64,000 nt of DNA from Candidatus Marinacidobacterales bacterium (GTDB lineage Bacteria; Acidobacteriota; Vicinamibacteria; Marinacidobacterales; DATDRI01). Below the pieces are notes generated by a model, which saw only the letters and a list, made by a program, of their open reading frames with translations, did no database searches and was not told the DNA's origin. Location: positions 1,568,001 through 1,632,000 of the forward strand of contig OZ245365.1 in NCBI GenBank assembly GCA_965226495.1. The letters run 5' to 3'. The translations under genes and the position numbers were made by a program. The number at the start of each line of letters is the position of its first letter. Position 1 is the first letter of the stretch. Of this stretch, positions 29,600-38,969 are shown piece by piece.

Positions 29600-29609
29600 A
29601 ATTTAGTGC

Positions 29610-29722
29610 TCGCTCTTCAATTAATGGCGCGGGGCCCAGGCTTCTATTAGTCGCGCCCGCACTCCACGTTCGGGCGCTAGCCGCTACGCCGCCTTCGCGG
29701 CTGCGCGGCAGCTGAAGGCTCT
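29610..29722 (+). repeat. Mosaic intergenic element (degenerate)
   Basis: TCAATTAATGGCGCGGGGCCC as at 21352; GCGCCCGCACTCCA as at ~52036; ends GCTGAAGGCTC. Confidence 0.7.
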
Positions 29723-29734
29723 CCGCCTGGCGGC

Positions 29735-30250
29735 TTACGCGCCGGGCATGAAGCGCCGAATATAATCACGGATCGCGTCTCTCGTACTAGTGAAGGCCAG
29801 CTCGTCCCAAGGGATCCTTTCTGGCTCGTAGCCTCGCACTTCCAGGCACTCATCGGCCGCCATGAGCTTGCCTCCGATGACTTCCGCGGCAAAGACCAAT
29901 ACCACAACCGGGGTGTTGGCGTAGGAGTAGACGTTGAGCAACTCGGAGAGCTGGACCTCTACGTTCATCTCCTCTTTCGTCTCTCTGAGGGCCGCCGCTT
30001 CGATGGTTTCGCCCCTATCCACGAATCCACCAGGAAACACCCACTTGCCGTATGACGGTTCGATCGCGCGTCGAGCGAGTATAATCTTTCCGTCGAGCGC
30101 GAAGATCGTTCCGGCGGCGACTTTGGGGTCAAGAAAGAAAACGAACTCACACTTCGAGCAAACCAGACGCTCAGGTTCTCCCAACTTGAGGAGTCTGGAT
30201 TCTAGTTGCCCGCCACAGCGGGGACAAAACTTGTACTCTTCGCCCGCCAA
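29735..30250 (-). CDS. NUDIX hydrolase with N-terminal zinc ribbon
   Basis: FCPRCG...CSKC; GGFVDRGETIEAAALRETKEE. Confidence 0.93.
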   Translation of the reverse strand: MAGEEYKFCPRCGGQLESRLLKLGEPERLVCSKCEFVFFLDPKVAAGTIFALDGKIILARRAIEPSYGKWVFPGGFVDRGETIEAAALRETKEEMNVEVQLSELLNVYSYANTPVVVLVFAAEVIGGKLMAADECLEVRGYEPERIPWDELAFTSTRDAIRDYIRRFMPGA

Positions 30251-30379
30251 CGATCGTCCCTTCGCCAGTTGGAGGAAACGATTTGATTCACCGATGATGA
30301 AGCCGCGAATGTATCACTCCCGTTCCGCGAGTGTCAACGAATCCACGCCCCCTGTCAGGTCGAGAAAGGACGAAGTCCC

Positions 30380-31330
30380 ATGGCTCTGTTCTTCACCGAA
30401 GAAGATGTAACACGCCTCCTCACCATGGATGACGCGGTATCCGCAGTCGAAGATGCGTTTCGTCAGCTTGGCGAAGGAAGCGCCGTCAATTGTCCCCGGG
30501 CGCGGGTTGGACTTCCCGGCACCATGCTGCATGTGATGCCCGCTGGAAGCGCCGAGTGGGGGCTGCTGGGCCTCAAAGCCTACATCGCGAAGCGTACCGG
30601 GGCTCGATTCCTATTCTACTTATACGGTACGAGTGGAGCTCTCCAGGCGGTGATAGAGGCCGATCGCTTGGGACAGATGCGGACGGGTGCCGCGAGCGGA
30701 GTCGCAACTCGATTCATGGCTCGGGAAGATGCGGCGACGGTTGGTCTGTATGGAACTGGCTGGCAGGCTCGCTCTCAGCTGGAGGCGGTGGCAAGGGTCC
30801 GACCGTTGAGCCGGGCGCGCGTCTTTGGCCGAGACCGAGAACGCCGGCGCCGATTTTGCGAGGAAATGAGCGAGTCCTTGGGCCTTGACGTGCAACCGAC
30901 AGAGGTACCAGAGGATATTCCTGTGGGCGCTGACATTCTCATAACTGCAACGACGTCGCGAGAGCCGGTCTTGCGCGGAGATTGGTTGCGCCCCGGGCAG
31001 CACATCAACGCCATCGGCGCGAACTTTGCGTACAAGAGGGAAGTGGACGGCGGGGTAGTGCGACGGTCGTCGTGCATCGTAGTTGACTCCAAGGAGCAGG
31101 CACTCCTGGAGTGTGGCGACCTCATTACTCCAGAATCGGAGGGCGAGCTCGCGTGGGACAACGTTTCGGAGTTGGGTCAGCTGGTGTGCGGAAAAGCGTT
31201 GGGTCGCAGGACGGACGAGGACATCACGCTTTTCGAATCGCAAGGAATCGCCATCGAGGACGTCGCGGTCGCGCGTAGGATCGTCGAGCTGGGACGGGAG
31301 CGGGGGGTGGGCGAAGTTCTACCCTTTTGA
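30380..31330 (+). CDS. Ornithine cyclodeaminase / mu-crystallin family protein
   Basis: RTGAASG, GTGWQA, HINAIG, FESQGIAIED. Confidence 0.92.
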   Translation: MALFFTEEDVTRLLTMDDAVSAVEDAFRQLGEGSAVNCPRARVGLPGTMLHVMPAGSAEWGLLGLKAYIAKRTGARFLFYLYGTSGALQAVIEADRLGQMRTGAASGVATRFMAREDAATVGLYGTGWQARSQLEAVARVRPLSRARVFGRDRERRRRFCEEMSESLGLDVQPTEVPEDIPVGADILITATTSREPVLRGDWLRPGQHINAIGANFAYKREVDGGVVRRSSCIVVDSKEQALLECGDLITPESEGELAWDNVSELGQLVCGKALGRRTDEDITLFESQGIAIEDVAVARRIVELGRERGVGEVLPF

Positions 31331-31783
31331 CTTCGGACCTCCCTCCAACAGGGTGCGGGTAACCTGCTGCCCGTGCTCAAGCACTTCCTCCAGACGGCTT
31401 TGAAAGTGGATGCGGTTGGCCAGCTCCGCCAGTGGCCCGAGTGGAAGCTCGTACTCGATAATGTCGGTCATTCGCGTCCCTGCCCCTTCGGGGACGAACA
31501 GGTGAGTGTGGCGGTAATTCTGAAAAGGCCCCTCTGCCTGAACGTCCACGAACTGCGAAGGGGCTTCGTACTCCACGACCTCACCGGTCCAGTCGAACCG
31601 TAAGGGGCCAACGTGCATCGCGTACTTCAAAACCGCACCTTGCTTCAGGTACTTCGGCACCTCGACGATGTCAACGCGAAGATAAGGAGGAAGGATCTTG
31701 AGCAGATTACGTGGATTGTCATGGAATTGAAAGACCAGCTCGGTCGAGCCATTGATTAGGGTTGTACGCTCGACTCGGCTCAT
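31319..31783 (-). CDS. SRPBCC family protein
   Basis: FHDNPRNL, FVDVQAEGPF..YRHTH. Confidence 0.85.
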   Translation of the reverse strand: MSRVERTTLINGSTELVFQFHDNPRNLLKILPPYLRVDIVEVPKYLKQGAVLKYAMHVGPLRFDWTGEVVEYEAPSQFVDVQAEGPFQNYRHTHLFVPEGAGTRMTDIIEYELPLGPLAELANRIHFQSRLEEVLEHGQQVTRTLLEGGPKSKG

Positions 31784-32259
31784 GGCCGATCTGCCTCCCC
31801 TCGTTCCAGTGCTGCCCTCACGTTTTCCAGTCCGGTGCTGACTAGTTCTTCGAGCTTCTCTCGTACATAGAGTCTGTGGGCGACAGAACTGACCAGTCCT
31901 TTAGGCATCCGATACCTCAAGAGCTCTTGAACGCGAGTCGACGTTCCTTCCGGAGCGAAATGATGCTCATGGCTCCATTGAAGAAATCGACCGCGGCTCT
32001 GAACGTTGATGAAGCGCTCGGGTGGTCGGTATTCAGATACCAACGCCTCCCAGCTGAGTTCTAGCGGCCAGCCGCGAAGACGATACCCGAAGATCGCCCC
32101 GGGCCGAAGATCTTTCGGAAGTCGTTCTAGCTCGACGCCCGATGTGCTTGGTGTCACGAGCCGAAGATTCTCCGGAGTGTTGTAGAAGGCAAAGACCTCG
32201 TTGATGGGCCGCGCAATCTTGGTGCTGTGTTCGATGAGGATGCTTCCTCCATTCCTCAT
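31780..32259 (-). CDS. SRPBCC family protein (tandem paralog)
   Basis: FYNTPENL, FINVQSRGRFLQWSHEH. Confidence 0.85.
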   Translation of the reverse strand: MRNGGSILIEHSTKIARPINEVFAFYNTPENLRLVTPSTSGVELERLPKDLRPGAIFGYRLRGWPLELSWEALVSEYRPPERFINVQSRGRFLQWSHEHHFAPEGTSTRVQELLRYRMPKGLVSSVAHRLYVREKLEELVSTGLENVRAALERGEADRP

Positions 32260-32271
32260 GGGGGCCCTATC

Positions 32272-32670
32272 CTATGTCCGGGGGGTGTCGGAATTCAACG
32301 ACGTCTCGAGAAGCGGCAGGAGCCGGGCCGTCGCTGATTCGACGTGCTCGATGGCCTTTTGGCGCCGCCGGCCGGTCAGCGCTTCGTTGAGGACGACGGT
32401 TACCAGCGCCCGTGAGTTCACCTGGCGCACCAATACGGTCGGATACGGATCTTCCTTTCCTTCACCGAGGAGTGCCCCCAGTAACGGGGTCATGGACGCA
32501 AGAGGGTAAGGGAGCGGGAGGTCGACGTTCCCGAACGCGCCAAAGGGAGTTCCCGCCTCATCTACCAAGAAGGCCGAGCGCGCACCGAGCTGCGACACCA
32601 GGTCGGCGAGCACCTCGCGAATCGGCGCTATGGCTCCGGGGCGCGAAAGAATTTCGTCCGACAAAGACAA
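32272..32670 (-). CDS. Roadblock/MglB-like small protein
   Basis: LADLVSQLGARSAFLVDEAG resembles the roadblock N-terminus. Confidence 0.5.
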   Translation of the reverse strand: MSLSDEILSRPGAIAPIREVLADLVSQLGARSAFLVDEAGTPFGAFGNVDLPLPYPLASMTPLLGALLGEGKEDPYPTVLVRQVNSRALVTVVLNEALTGRRRQKAIEHVESATARLLPLLETSLNSDTPRT

Positions 32671-32696
32671 CGTTTCACTCCAGTTGATATGTTATG

Positions 32697-33000
32697 AACA
32701 GCCTTGAGCCAGCGCGAAGTCGCCGCCGGCCGCGGAGCCTTCAGCCGCCTCGTAGCCCGAGGTTGCGGAGAGGCTGGCGACGGGGGTGGGGTCCCCGTCG
32801 CATTGATAAGCGACGCTTGCCGAGCGGAGGCCAGGGGCCGAACGAAGAGTGAGGCCCCGAGTACTTGAGGTCGACGAAGCGCGACCCGTTGGGGGGTGTC
32901 CGCCTCCGCTCGCGTTGAGGATTGGCCTTCGCGAGCTTTGGCGAGACCGCGCCGTAGCCCGCAGGGTCCGGTTGTGGGCGTAGGCGGGGGGCCCCGACGG
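32697..33000 (-). repeat. Mosaic intergenic element
   Basis: Perfect hairpin GCGACGGGG-ACCCCAC-CCCCGTCGC (32777-32801), GCTGAAGGCTC, GGCTCAAGGCTGTTC (also at ~52189). Confidence 0.8.
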
Positions 33001-33022
33001 AGTCAATATTTCCAGGAGGCAC

Positions 33023-33640
33023 GTGACGAGCAAGAATTCACTTATAGCGGTGCCTCTTTCGCTCAGCGACACCGTTCTGATGGGTCTCTACATTGGGGCA
33101 GAGCTGGCCGCCAACGTGACGGAGGCCAAGCCCGTCCATTTGTGGGGACTCACTGTCGATGGCGGAACGCTCATCTATGCCCTCACCTTCACTTTGCTCG
33201 ACCTATTCCACGAGAAGCAGGGGAAAAAAGGGGCACAGAAACTGGTTATAGCCACCTTCGCTGCCAATTTGCTTCTCGCCGCCTACGTGCATCTTACCGT
33301 CCTACTGCCTTACCCGTCCTTCTACGAAGGCCAGGAGAGTTATCGGCAGGTGCTCGGGGCGACCCCTCGCATCGTAGCGGCTAGCCTCACCGCGTTCCTC
33401 CTGGCCTCGCTGCTCGATGCCGAAGTCTACGCATGGTTCAAGCGGAAAATTCGTGGCCATCGTTGGCTCTGGGTCTTGAGCAGCAACGCCGCGGCGACTT
33501 TCTTGGACAGCGTCCTTTTCATCACACTCGCTTTCTACGGTCGCTTTCCCCTACTGCCTCTCGTCATCGGCAACTTCATCGTCAAGATGGTGGTGACCGT
33601 GATGAGCCTGCCCTTGATTTACGTCCGTGGGCGCTCGTGA
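33023..33640 (+). CDS. Queuosine precursor transporter (VUT/YhhQ family)
   Basis: ANV, G.LIY..TF...D...E..G, PRIVAASL.AF, DS.LF..LAF. Confidence 0.85.
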   Translation: MTSKNSLIAVPLSLSDTVLMGLYIGAELAANVTEAKPVHLWGLTVDGGTLIYALTFTLLDLFHEKQGKKGAQKLVIATFAANLLLAAYVHLTVLLPYPSFYEGQESYRQVLGATPRIVAASLTAFLLASLLDAEVYAWFKRKIRGHRWLWVLSSNAAATFLDSVLFITLAFYGRFPLLPLVIGNFIVKMVVTVMSLPLIYVRGRS

Positions 33641-33703
33641 TAGGATGCCCTGGGTGTTCCAAAGCGGCACCCGAGTAGGCCTAACAGCTTAGCGGAGACT
33701 AAG

Positions 33704-33904
33704 ATGCTTTTACCATTGGTATTTGGACCGCTCGGTATTCCCGAGCTCCTAATTATCCTCTTCATCGTCTTTCTGATCTTCGGTGCGAACAAGCTTCCCC
33801 AACTTGGTGCTGGATTGGGAGAGGGGATTAAAAACTTCAAGAAATCCATCAAGGGCGATGGCGAAGAGCTGCCCGGCAAGAGCTCCGACGAAAAAGAAGA
33901 TTAA
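33704..33904 (+). CDS. tatA: Twin-arginine translocase TatA
   Basis: GIPELLIIL...[22 protein letters not shown]. Confidence 0.92.
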   Translation: MLLPLVFGPLGIPELLIILFIVFLIFGANKLPQLGAGLGEGIKNFKKSIKGDGEELPGKSSDEKED

Positions 33905-33947
33905 CCGTTTCCCCCCTGAGTCGGTGTCGGCTGTATCGACGCTTCGC

Positions 33948-34466
33948 TTACCGCGCAATGTCCGTAATGATGAGTGTGTTGGTGCGTTCGTCGAACGCAA
34001 CCTCCCCGCGAGGAGACAGGGTTCGCTGAAGAACCGGGGCTAGATCGCGCGCGCGGGCGTAAGAGAGTCGACGATAGCTCGTCTGGAGCGGACCGGATTG
34101 ACGCTTTTCCTCTTCGTACTTCCTCCGCTCCGCTTGCTCTTGAGTCAATCGCGCCAAAGTTGCCACACGGATCAAGTTTTCACCCATGCGGTCTTCAACG
34201 AGCCGGCAGTTTCTAAGCGTTAGTTCCATCACTTGACGCCAGGTTACGCTCTTTACAGCCAACGTGAATTGGCACTGCACTTCCGGATCCGCGACCAAAT
34301 TGAAGTCGCCCACCTCAGCGAGGAGCCGGAGGATGTCCAAGACGTTTGCGTCTTTAACGTCAAGGTCGATGAGAGTTTCCGAAGTCTCTCCGGGTTGTGA
34401 ACTCCGTTCTGCAGGGACGTTGGGCGACTGTAAGAGTAGCAGGCTCAAGAGCACCGTCGACGTCAC
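33948..34466 (-). CDS. Secretin N-terminal-domain-only protein (PilQ N0/N1-like)
   Basis: IDLDVKDANV.DILRLLA, LSYARA..L, DERTNTLIITD, then stop. Confidence 0.75.
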   Translation of the reverse strand: MTSTVLLSLLLLQSPNVPAERSSQPGETSETLIDLDVKDANVLDILRLLAEVGDFNLVADPEVQCQFTLAVKSVTWRQVMELTLRNCRLVEDRMGENLIRVATLARLTQEQAERRKYEEEKRQSGPLQTSYRRLSYARARDLAPVLQRTLSPRGEVAFDERTNTLIITDIAR

Positions 34467-35269
34467 AAGTTCACCTCTTGGCCGTCGTCCGCCAATTCGA
34501 AACCAAGCTGGGAGCGTCGGCTGAGAACATCCTCTCCCGCATGTAACAGGAGCGTCCGCTTCGCGCCGATCTCACTGCGGTGCTCCTCCAGTTCCTTGTA
34601 GGACATGTGAAATTCGATTTTTTCCTCGTAGGACGAGCACTCGCAAATGAAGAGGTCTGCCCCCTGGGTTTGATGGGCAAGTTCATCCGTCCACTCGGTG
34701 TCGCCGGAGTAGACCACGGTGCGTCCGTTCAAGCTCAGTCGGTAGCCGAACGCGATACCCTGCGGGAAATGGCGTACCGGGAACGCCGTCGCCTCTAGAC
34801 CACCCCACCGACCGGTTTCTCCTGCCTTCATCTCGCGAAAGACCAAATCGAAATTTCGTGGCTTCGCCTCGAGTCCCGGAAAGAGCAGGGACACGGCTTG
34901 TGCAATCTTGTCTTTGGTGCCGTCGGGCCCTACGATCGTCAGCCCGCGATCACGGGCCTGCTGGTACTGGAACTCCAGCAAGAGGAACGGCACCCCCGAG
35001 AAGTGGTCCCCGTGATGATGGCTGATGAATACCATATCGATACAGACCGGTGACTCATTCAAATGTTTCATCATTCGAAGAGCGGAAGGGCCGCAGTCGA
35101 GGAGCATGCCCATCTCCTCTGACTGAACGAGGATGGAGATGGGATTTCGGCCGCCACTCCCGAAAGCATTTCCCGTTCCGAGGAAGAGGACCTTCAATGT
35201 TTGGCGTTCCGCTTCCGATTTAGGACGGGGGTTTCGAGTTGCGAGGGAAAAGGAGGATTGAGTCTCCAT
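34463..35269 (-). CDS. MBL-fold hydrolase (RNase Z-like)
   Basis: FLGTG, DCG, SHHHGDH, YSGDT. Confidence 0.88.
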   Translation of the reverse strand: METQSSFSLATRNPRPKSEAERQTLKVLFLGTGNAFGSGGRNPISILVQSEEMGMLLDCGPSALRMMKHLNESPVCIDMVFISHHHGDHFSGVPFLLLEFQYQQARDRGLTIVGPDGTKDKIAQAVSLLFPGLEAKPRNFDLVFREMKAGETGRWGGLEATAFPVRHFPQGIAFGYRLSLNGRTVVYSGDTEWTDELAHQTQGADLFICECSSYEEKIEFHMSYKELEEHRSEIGAKRTLLLHAGEDVLSRRSQLGFELADDGQEVNL

Positions 35270-36650
35270 TTTGTCGCTCGCCGGTTGGATCGGAAGGCGA
35301 GTTCACCAGCCGGTTGCGCACTGCCATTGCGGTAGACCCGCCACCATCTAGGTTCATCGCAGAAACCGCACCGAGCTCGATGAATAGATCGGTCAACTCG
35401 GCGAGCGACATCCCGACGCTCGTTCGGGGTTGGCGGCCGTCGACGGTGACAAACAGCAACGTGCCGTCGGCTCCTACTCCGATTCCAGTTCGCGGGTGAC
35501 GAGAGTGGTAGAAGGCTTGGGATATAGATTCAGTCTCTGGGTCCTCGATCCGCCTCCCCTCGGAAAGAAGCAGAGGTCCGCCTCCGACTATCGACGTGGC
35601 CTCACTCCAGTTTCCCCGGTACTCGGATCGGGATGGCACGACGGAGAGGTCGAGACTCAAGTTGTGACCGACCTGGAATCGGGGGAGCAACTCCACAGCT
35701 CGCGAAGTCGAAATGGAAATGACAAACCCCTCGCGAGGTATGACAGAGCTTCCGCTCTCCGACCTGATCTCGTCGATGCGGTTTTCGCGCACCACGATTT
35801 CTGCACCACCCGGTGGGGTAAGAGTTGTTCTATGGAACTCCGGCGTGTAGAGGACGATTTCCTTCCGCCCTCGGCGGCGATTGACGCCGTCGAGTTTTTG
35901 GCGTGTGCCGTTTTCGAAGACCAGCTCTCCTCGAAAGTGAAGTCTCCCAAACAGGAAGTGTGTCCTTCCCGCGCTATCCAGAATGCCCAGGGCGGCACGC
36001 CCCCGATCCGGCTCGGAGAGGAGCGCGCCTTCCACTCGAAGCACACCTAGAGCGTCGCCTTGGAGGATGCCGGTCCGCAGGTAGTAACCACCGTTAATGG
36101 CGGCGATGGCACCGCGTCGGCGGGCAAGACCGCTCGTTGTCTCGAGTCCGATAGCCGCGTCGTAGGCGTGGGCAACCTGCACCCGAGTTTGAATGGGGTC
36201 CGCCTCGAGGATGTGGATCTCCCAAGGGCCGTCCGGGTTGGTCACGTCCTGACCGTATTCTTCAATGGTCATGTCCGCGGTGAAGCCCGAGGCGCTCAGC
36301 ATCTGTCGTTGTGTCTCCGCGGTTTGCCGATCGGGCAGGGCCTCTACGCAGATTCGATAACGAAGGCCACGGTAGTGAGGCGCGGCGGCTACTCCTTCGT
36401 TTTTCACGCGGGTAAGCATCGCATCGGCCTGGGTTTGAGAGTCGAACGAGCCGACCAGGATCCGGTAACGAACGGATGAAGAAGTGCTACCCCGAAGGAT
36501 TCGCGTGTGTCGGAGCCCCGGTGCGAGGAGCTCTTCGGTTCTCTTATCGAGCGGAGACGATCCGTAAGCGTCCGGAAAGCTCCAAATGGCAAGACAAACG
36601 GCGGCGAGGCCCACGGGCCAAGATAGGAAGGACTGGACAAGCCGGGTCAT
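35220..36650 (-). CDS. SPOR plus phosphodiester glycosidase (NAGPA) domain protein
   Basis: AAINGGY, HPRTGIG, VDGRQ, NLDGGGST; VGSF SPOR-like N-terminus. Confidence 0.85.
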   Translation of the reverse strand: MTRLVQSFLSWPVGLAAVCLAIWSFPDAYGSSPLDKRTEELLAPGLRHTRILRGSTSSSVRYRILVGSFDSQTQADAMLTRVKNEGVAAAPHYRGLRYRICVEALPDRQTAETQRQMLSASGFTADMTIEEYGQDVTNPDGPWEIHILEADPIQTRVQVAHAYDAAIGLETTSGLARRRGAIAAINGGYYLRTGILQGDALGVLRVEGALLSEPDRGRAALGILDSAGRTHFLFGRLHFRGELVFENGTRQKLDGVNRRRGRKEIVLYTPEFHRTTLTPPGGAEIVVRENRIDEIRSESGSSVIPREGFVISISTSRAVELLPRFQVGHNLSLDLSVVPSRSEYRGNWSEATSIVGGGPLLLSEGRRIEDPETESISQAFYHSRHPRTGIGVGADGTLLFVTVDGRQPRTSVGMSLAELTDLFIELGAVSAMNLDGGGSTAMAVRNRLVNSPSDPTGERQNGDSILLFPRNSKPPS

Positions 36651-36652
36651 GA

Positions 36653-36952
36653 TCAAGGGGGTGAAGGGGCGCAGTCCCCGCACAGGAACCTCGATTTGGG
36701 GCTGTCGGTGTTGACGACGCGGGAACAACGAGCGCATTCCCTACGATCGCGTCCCAGGAAATGCTCCGCTTTGCGGTCCACCAAGTCGCCGAGATAGCGC
36801 TTGAGTGCGGCGAGGTCTCCACCCGCGAACCACTGCGAATCCTCGCTCGGATCCTCCCCCGGGTGGCTGCGCTCGGAGGTCGATACCTCGATGCGGCGGC
36901 CTTCGCCATCGTCAGTCTGCCAGGAGCTTTCGATGCGGATCTCGATGGCCAT
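36653..36952 (-). CDS. Hypothetical protein with C-terminal CxxC...CxxC
   Basis: 99 aa, GAAGGA RBS, fits operon spacing. Confidence 0.55.
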   Translation of the reverse strand: MAIEIRIESSWQTDDGEGRRIEVSTSERSHPGEDPSEDSQWFAGGDLAALKRYLGDLVDRKAEHFLGRDRRECARCSRVVNTDSPKSRFLCGDCAPSPP

Positions 36953-37003
36953 AACGTCCTTCGTCTGAAACGGAGAACCGGTTTATCGTCTCGGAAGGAG
37001 GGA

Positions 37004-37885
37004 TTATACCACCGGGAGCTTCAAGGCTGGAAGCACCTCGTTCAGGCTTCCAGTCCGGTAACCTTGGAGGTCGACGGTCACGTACGTGAAGCCGAGCTCT
37101 TTGAACGTCGTCAGCAACTTTGGAACCATGTTTGCCGACAAAGCGCGGGCGATTTCCTCGGGTGCGAACTCGAGCCGTACGAGCTGGTCGTGGTGGCGTA
37201 CTCTAAAATGACGAAATCCCAGCTCACGCAGCGCGCTCTCACCGTCTTCCACCGTTTTGAGCTTTTCGGGTGTTACGGGACTTTCATAAGCGATGCGCGA
37301 GGACAAGCACGCCGATGCGGGCTCGTCGGCGGTGGGAAGAGAGACTTGGTGAGAGAGGTAACGTATCTCCGACTTCGTTAAACCCGCTTCCTCGAGTGGG
37401 CTCCTCACGCTCAAGGCTTTGGCCGCCCGTCGTCCGGGGCGGAAGTCCCCCAAATCGTCGGCGTTCGAGCCGTCAGCGACGCAGTCGAAACCTCGCTCGT
37501 CGGCCAAGCTTGCGAGCCGGGTGTACAACTCGTTCTTACAGTGAAAGCATCGGTCGCTTCCGTTTGCACGATAGGCCTCGATTTCGACCTCGCTCGTTGG
37601 GACGAAAACGTGGGGAATGCCGAATTGGGCACTGATTCGCTTCGCCATTTGCCTTTGATAGTCAGGGTAGCTCGGGCTTTCGCCGGTGACCGCGAGCGCC
37701 GCTTTGCCGAGTGAACGGTGGGCCGCATAGGCCAAGTACGCGCTATCCACTCCGCCGCTGAACGCCACCACAACAGAGCCCATCTCCTTCAGGATCGACT
37801 CCAGCGTCGCGCGCTTCTTCTCCGCCCTCTCGATCAAAGTCTCTCCCGATCCAGCTCCTTCCGTCTTGGTGTCCTGTTCTCTCAA
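37004..37885 (-). CDS. larE: LarE-like PP-loop ATP-dependent sulfur transferase
   Basis: AFSGGVDS, RCFHCK, DLGDFRPG, SACLSSRI, RVRHH, GYRTGSLN. Confidence 0.9.
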   Translation of the reverse strand: MREQDTKTEGAGSGETLIERAEKKRATLESILKEMGSVVVAFSGGVDSAYLAYAAHRSLGKAALAVTGESPSYPDYQRQMAKRISAQFGIPHVFVPTSEVEIEAYRANGSDRCFHCKNELYTRLASLADERGFDCVADGSNADDLGDFRPGRRAAKALSVRSPLEEAGLTKSEIRYLSHQVSLPTADEPASACLSSRIAYESPVTPEKLKTVEDGESALRELGFRHFRVRHHDQLVRLEFAPEEIARALSANMVPKLLTTFKELGFTYVTVDLQGYRTGSLNEVLPALKLPVV

Positions 37886-38055
37886 ATTTCACCCCATTCT
37901 CCGCCTTCAATCGGTGCCAGCTCTAGTTCAATCGGGCCGACGCTCAACACTCGGAGATCCACGCCGCACTCCGGGCAGCTGATCACTTCGCCTTGGTCTA
38001 CATCCAGATCATCAATTTCGATCTCGGACTCACATTCTGGACAATCAGGATGCAT
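37882..38055 (-). CDS. LysW-like acidic zinc-ribbon protein
   Basis: MHPDCPECESEIEIDDLDVDQGEVISCPECGVDLRVLSVGPIELELAPIEGGEWGEI*; GAAGAGG RBS; 57 aa, below ORF-track cutoff. Confidence 0.85.
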   Translation of the reverse strand: MHPDCPECESEIEIDDLDVDQGEVISCPECGVDLRVLSVGPIELELAPIEGGEWGEI

Positions 38056-38287
38056 AGCCTCTTCCGTAAAGTACTATGAGACAGTATTGGGTCAATAAAT
38101 TTCACTTCCGCTGTCGTTCTCGAGCCTTCACGAACTGAGATTGAGCGTCAAGAGCTCGTTGTGGATCTCTGCTACTCGTTCCGGAGCAGAATTATAGCAA
38201 CTCTCGAAATGCCATCGCAAGCTTGCCATAATCCTCGATACTATTTAGAATCAAACCTTTAGTTCGACGGTCCGAAGGGGGGAGAGG

Positions 38288-38692
38288 TTGACCGAGTTAG
38301 ACGACCAGGCGCGGAGCGTGTTGGATGCCGTTCTTCAAATCGTTTCTGCCTTCGATCGCAGAGATCTCGACAGCTTGATTGCCGCCCACTACCAGGGATC
38401 CGAGTCGAGTATGATTCCCGCCGGAGTGAGCACTCGGGCAAGCGGCTGGGAAGCAGTTCGAGACCGATTGGAGACCTTGCTCGGCGAATTCCAGCACTCG
38501 AAGACAACCGTGCATGAACCCGAGGTATCGCTTTTCGGCGACGTGGCCATCATCGACTACAAAAAGAAAATACACAGCAACGTTCATGACATCGAGTTCG
38601 CCTGGGAGGGATGGGTTACCGACGTGATGGTTCTTCGCGAGGGACGGTGGTTGAGAGTCCACCATCACGCCTCGGACCGACGCCAGCCTTAA
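38288..38692 (+). CDS. NTF2/SnoaL-like protein
   Basis: AFDRRDLD, GWEAVR, T.V....G.WL.VHHHAS. Confidence 0.85.
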   Translation: MTELDDQARSVLDAVLQIVSAFDRRDLDSLIAAHYQGSESSMIPAGVSTRASGWEAVRDRLETLLGEFQHSKTTVHEPEVSLFGDVAIIDYKKKIHSNVHDIEFAWEGWVTDVMVLREGRWLRVHHHASDRRQP

Positions 38693-38960
38693 GGGGGCAG
38701 TGCGCGCTCAGTTTTTCATCAGCGCTCGCGGGGGCCCCACCCCCACGAGCTACAACTGGGCTGATGGCTCCGGCTCTCGCTTCGCGTCTCGCTGCGCTCG
38801 GGCTGAGGGCTCTCATTAATGCCGCTGGGCCCCACCGCCGTCTGGCTAGCTCCGGTCAAAGCAACCTCCTAATTTGACGGCCAGCAGGAACTGAGTGCCC
38901 GCCTGGCTAGCTCCAGATTGGCTACAACCTGTTTTGGCGGCAAGCAGGGCAGGTGGGTGC
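38693..38960 (+). repeat. Mosaic intergenic element with two 61-bp units
   Basis: Hairpin 38724-38750; GCTGATGGCTC and GCTGAGGGCTC boxes; units at 38837 and 38898. Confidence 0.8.
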
Positions 38961-38969
38961 CTGCCTCTG

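Noticed and set aside
32900-33022. preQ1 riboswitch before the queuosine precursor transporter
   Set aside because: No AGAGGTTCTAG-like stem or A-rich tail; region is occupied by repeat modules
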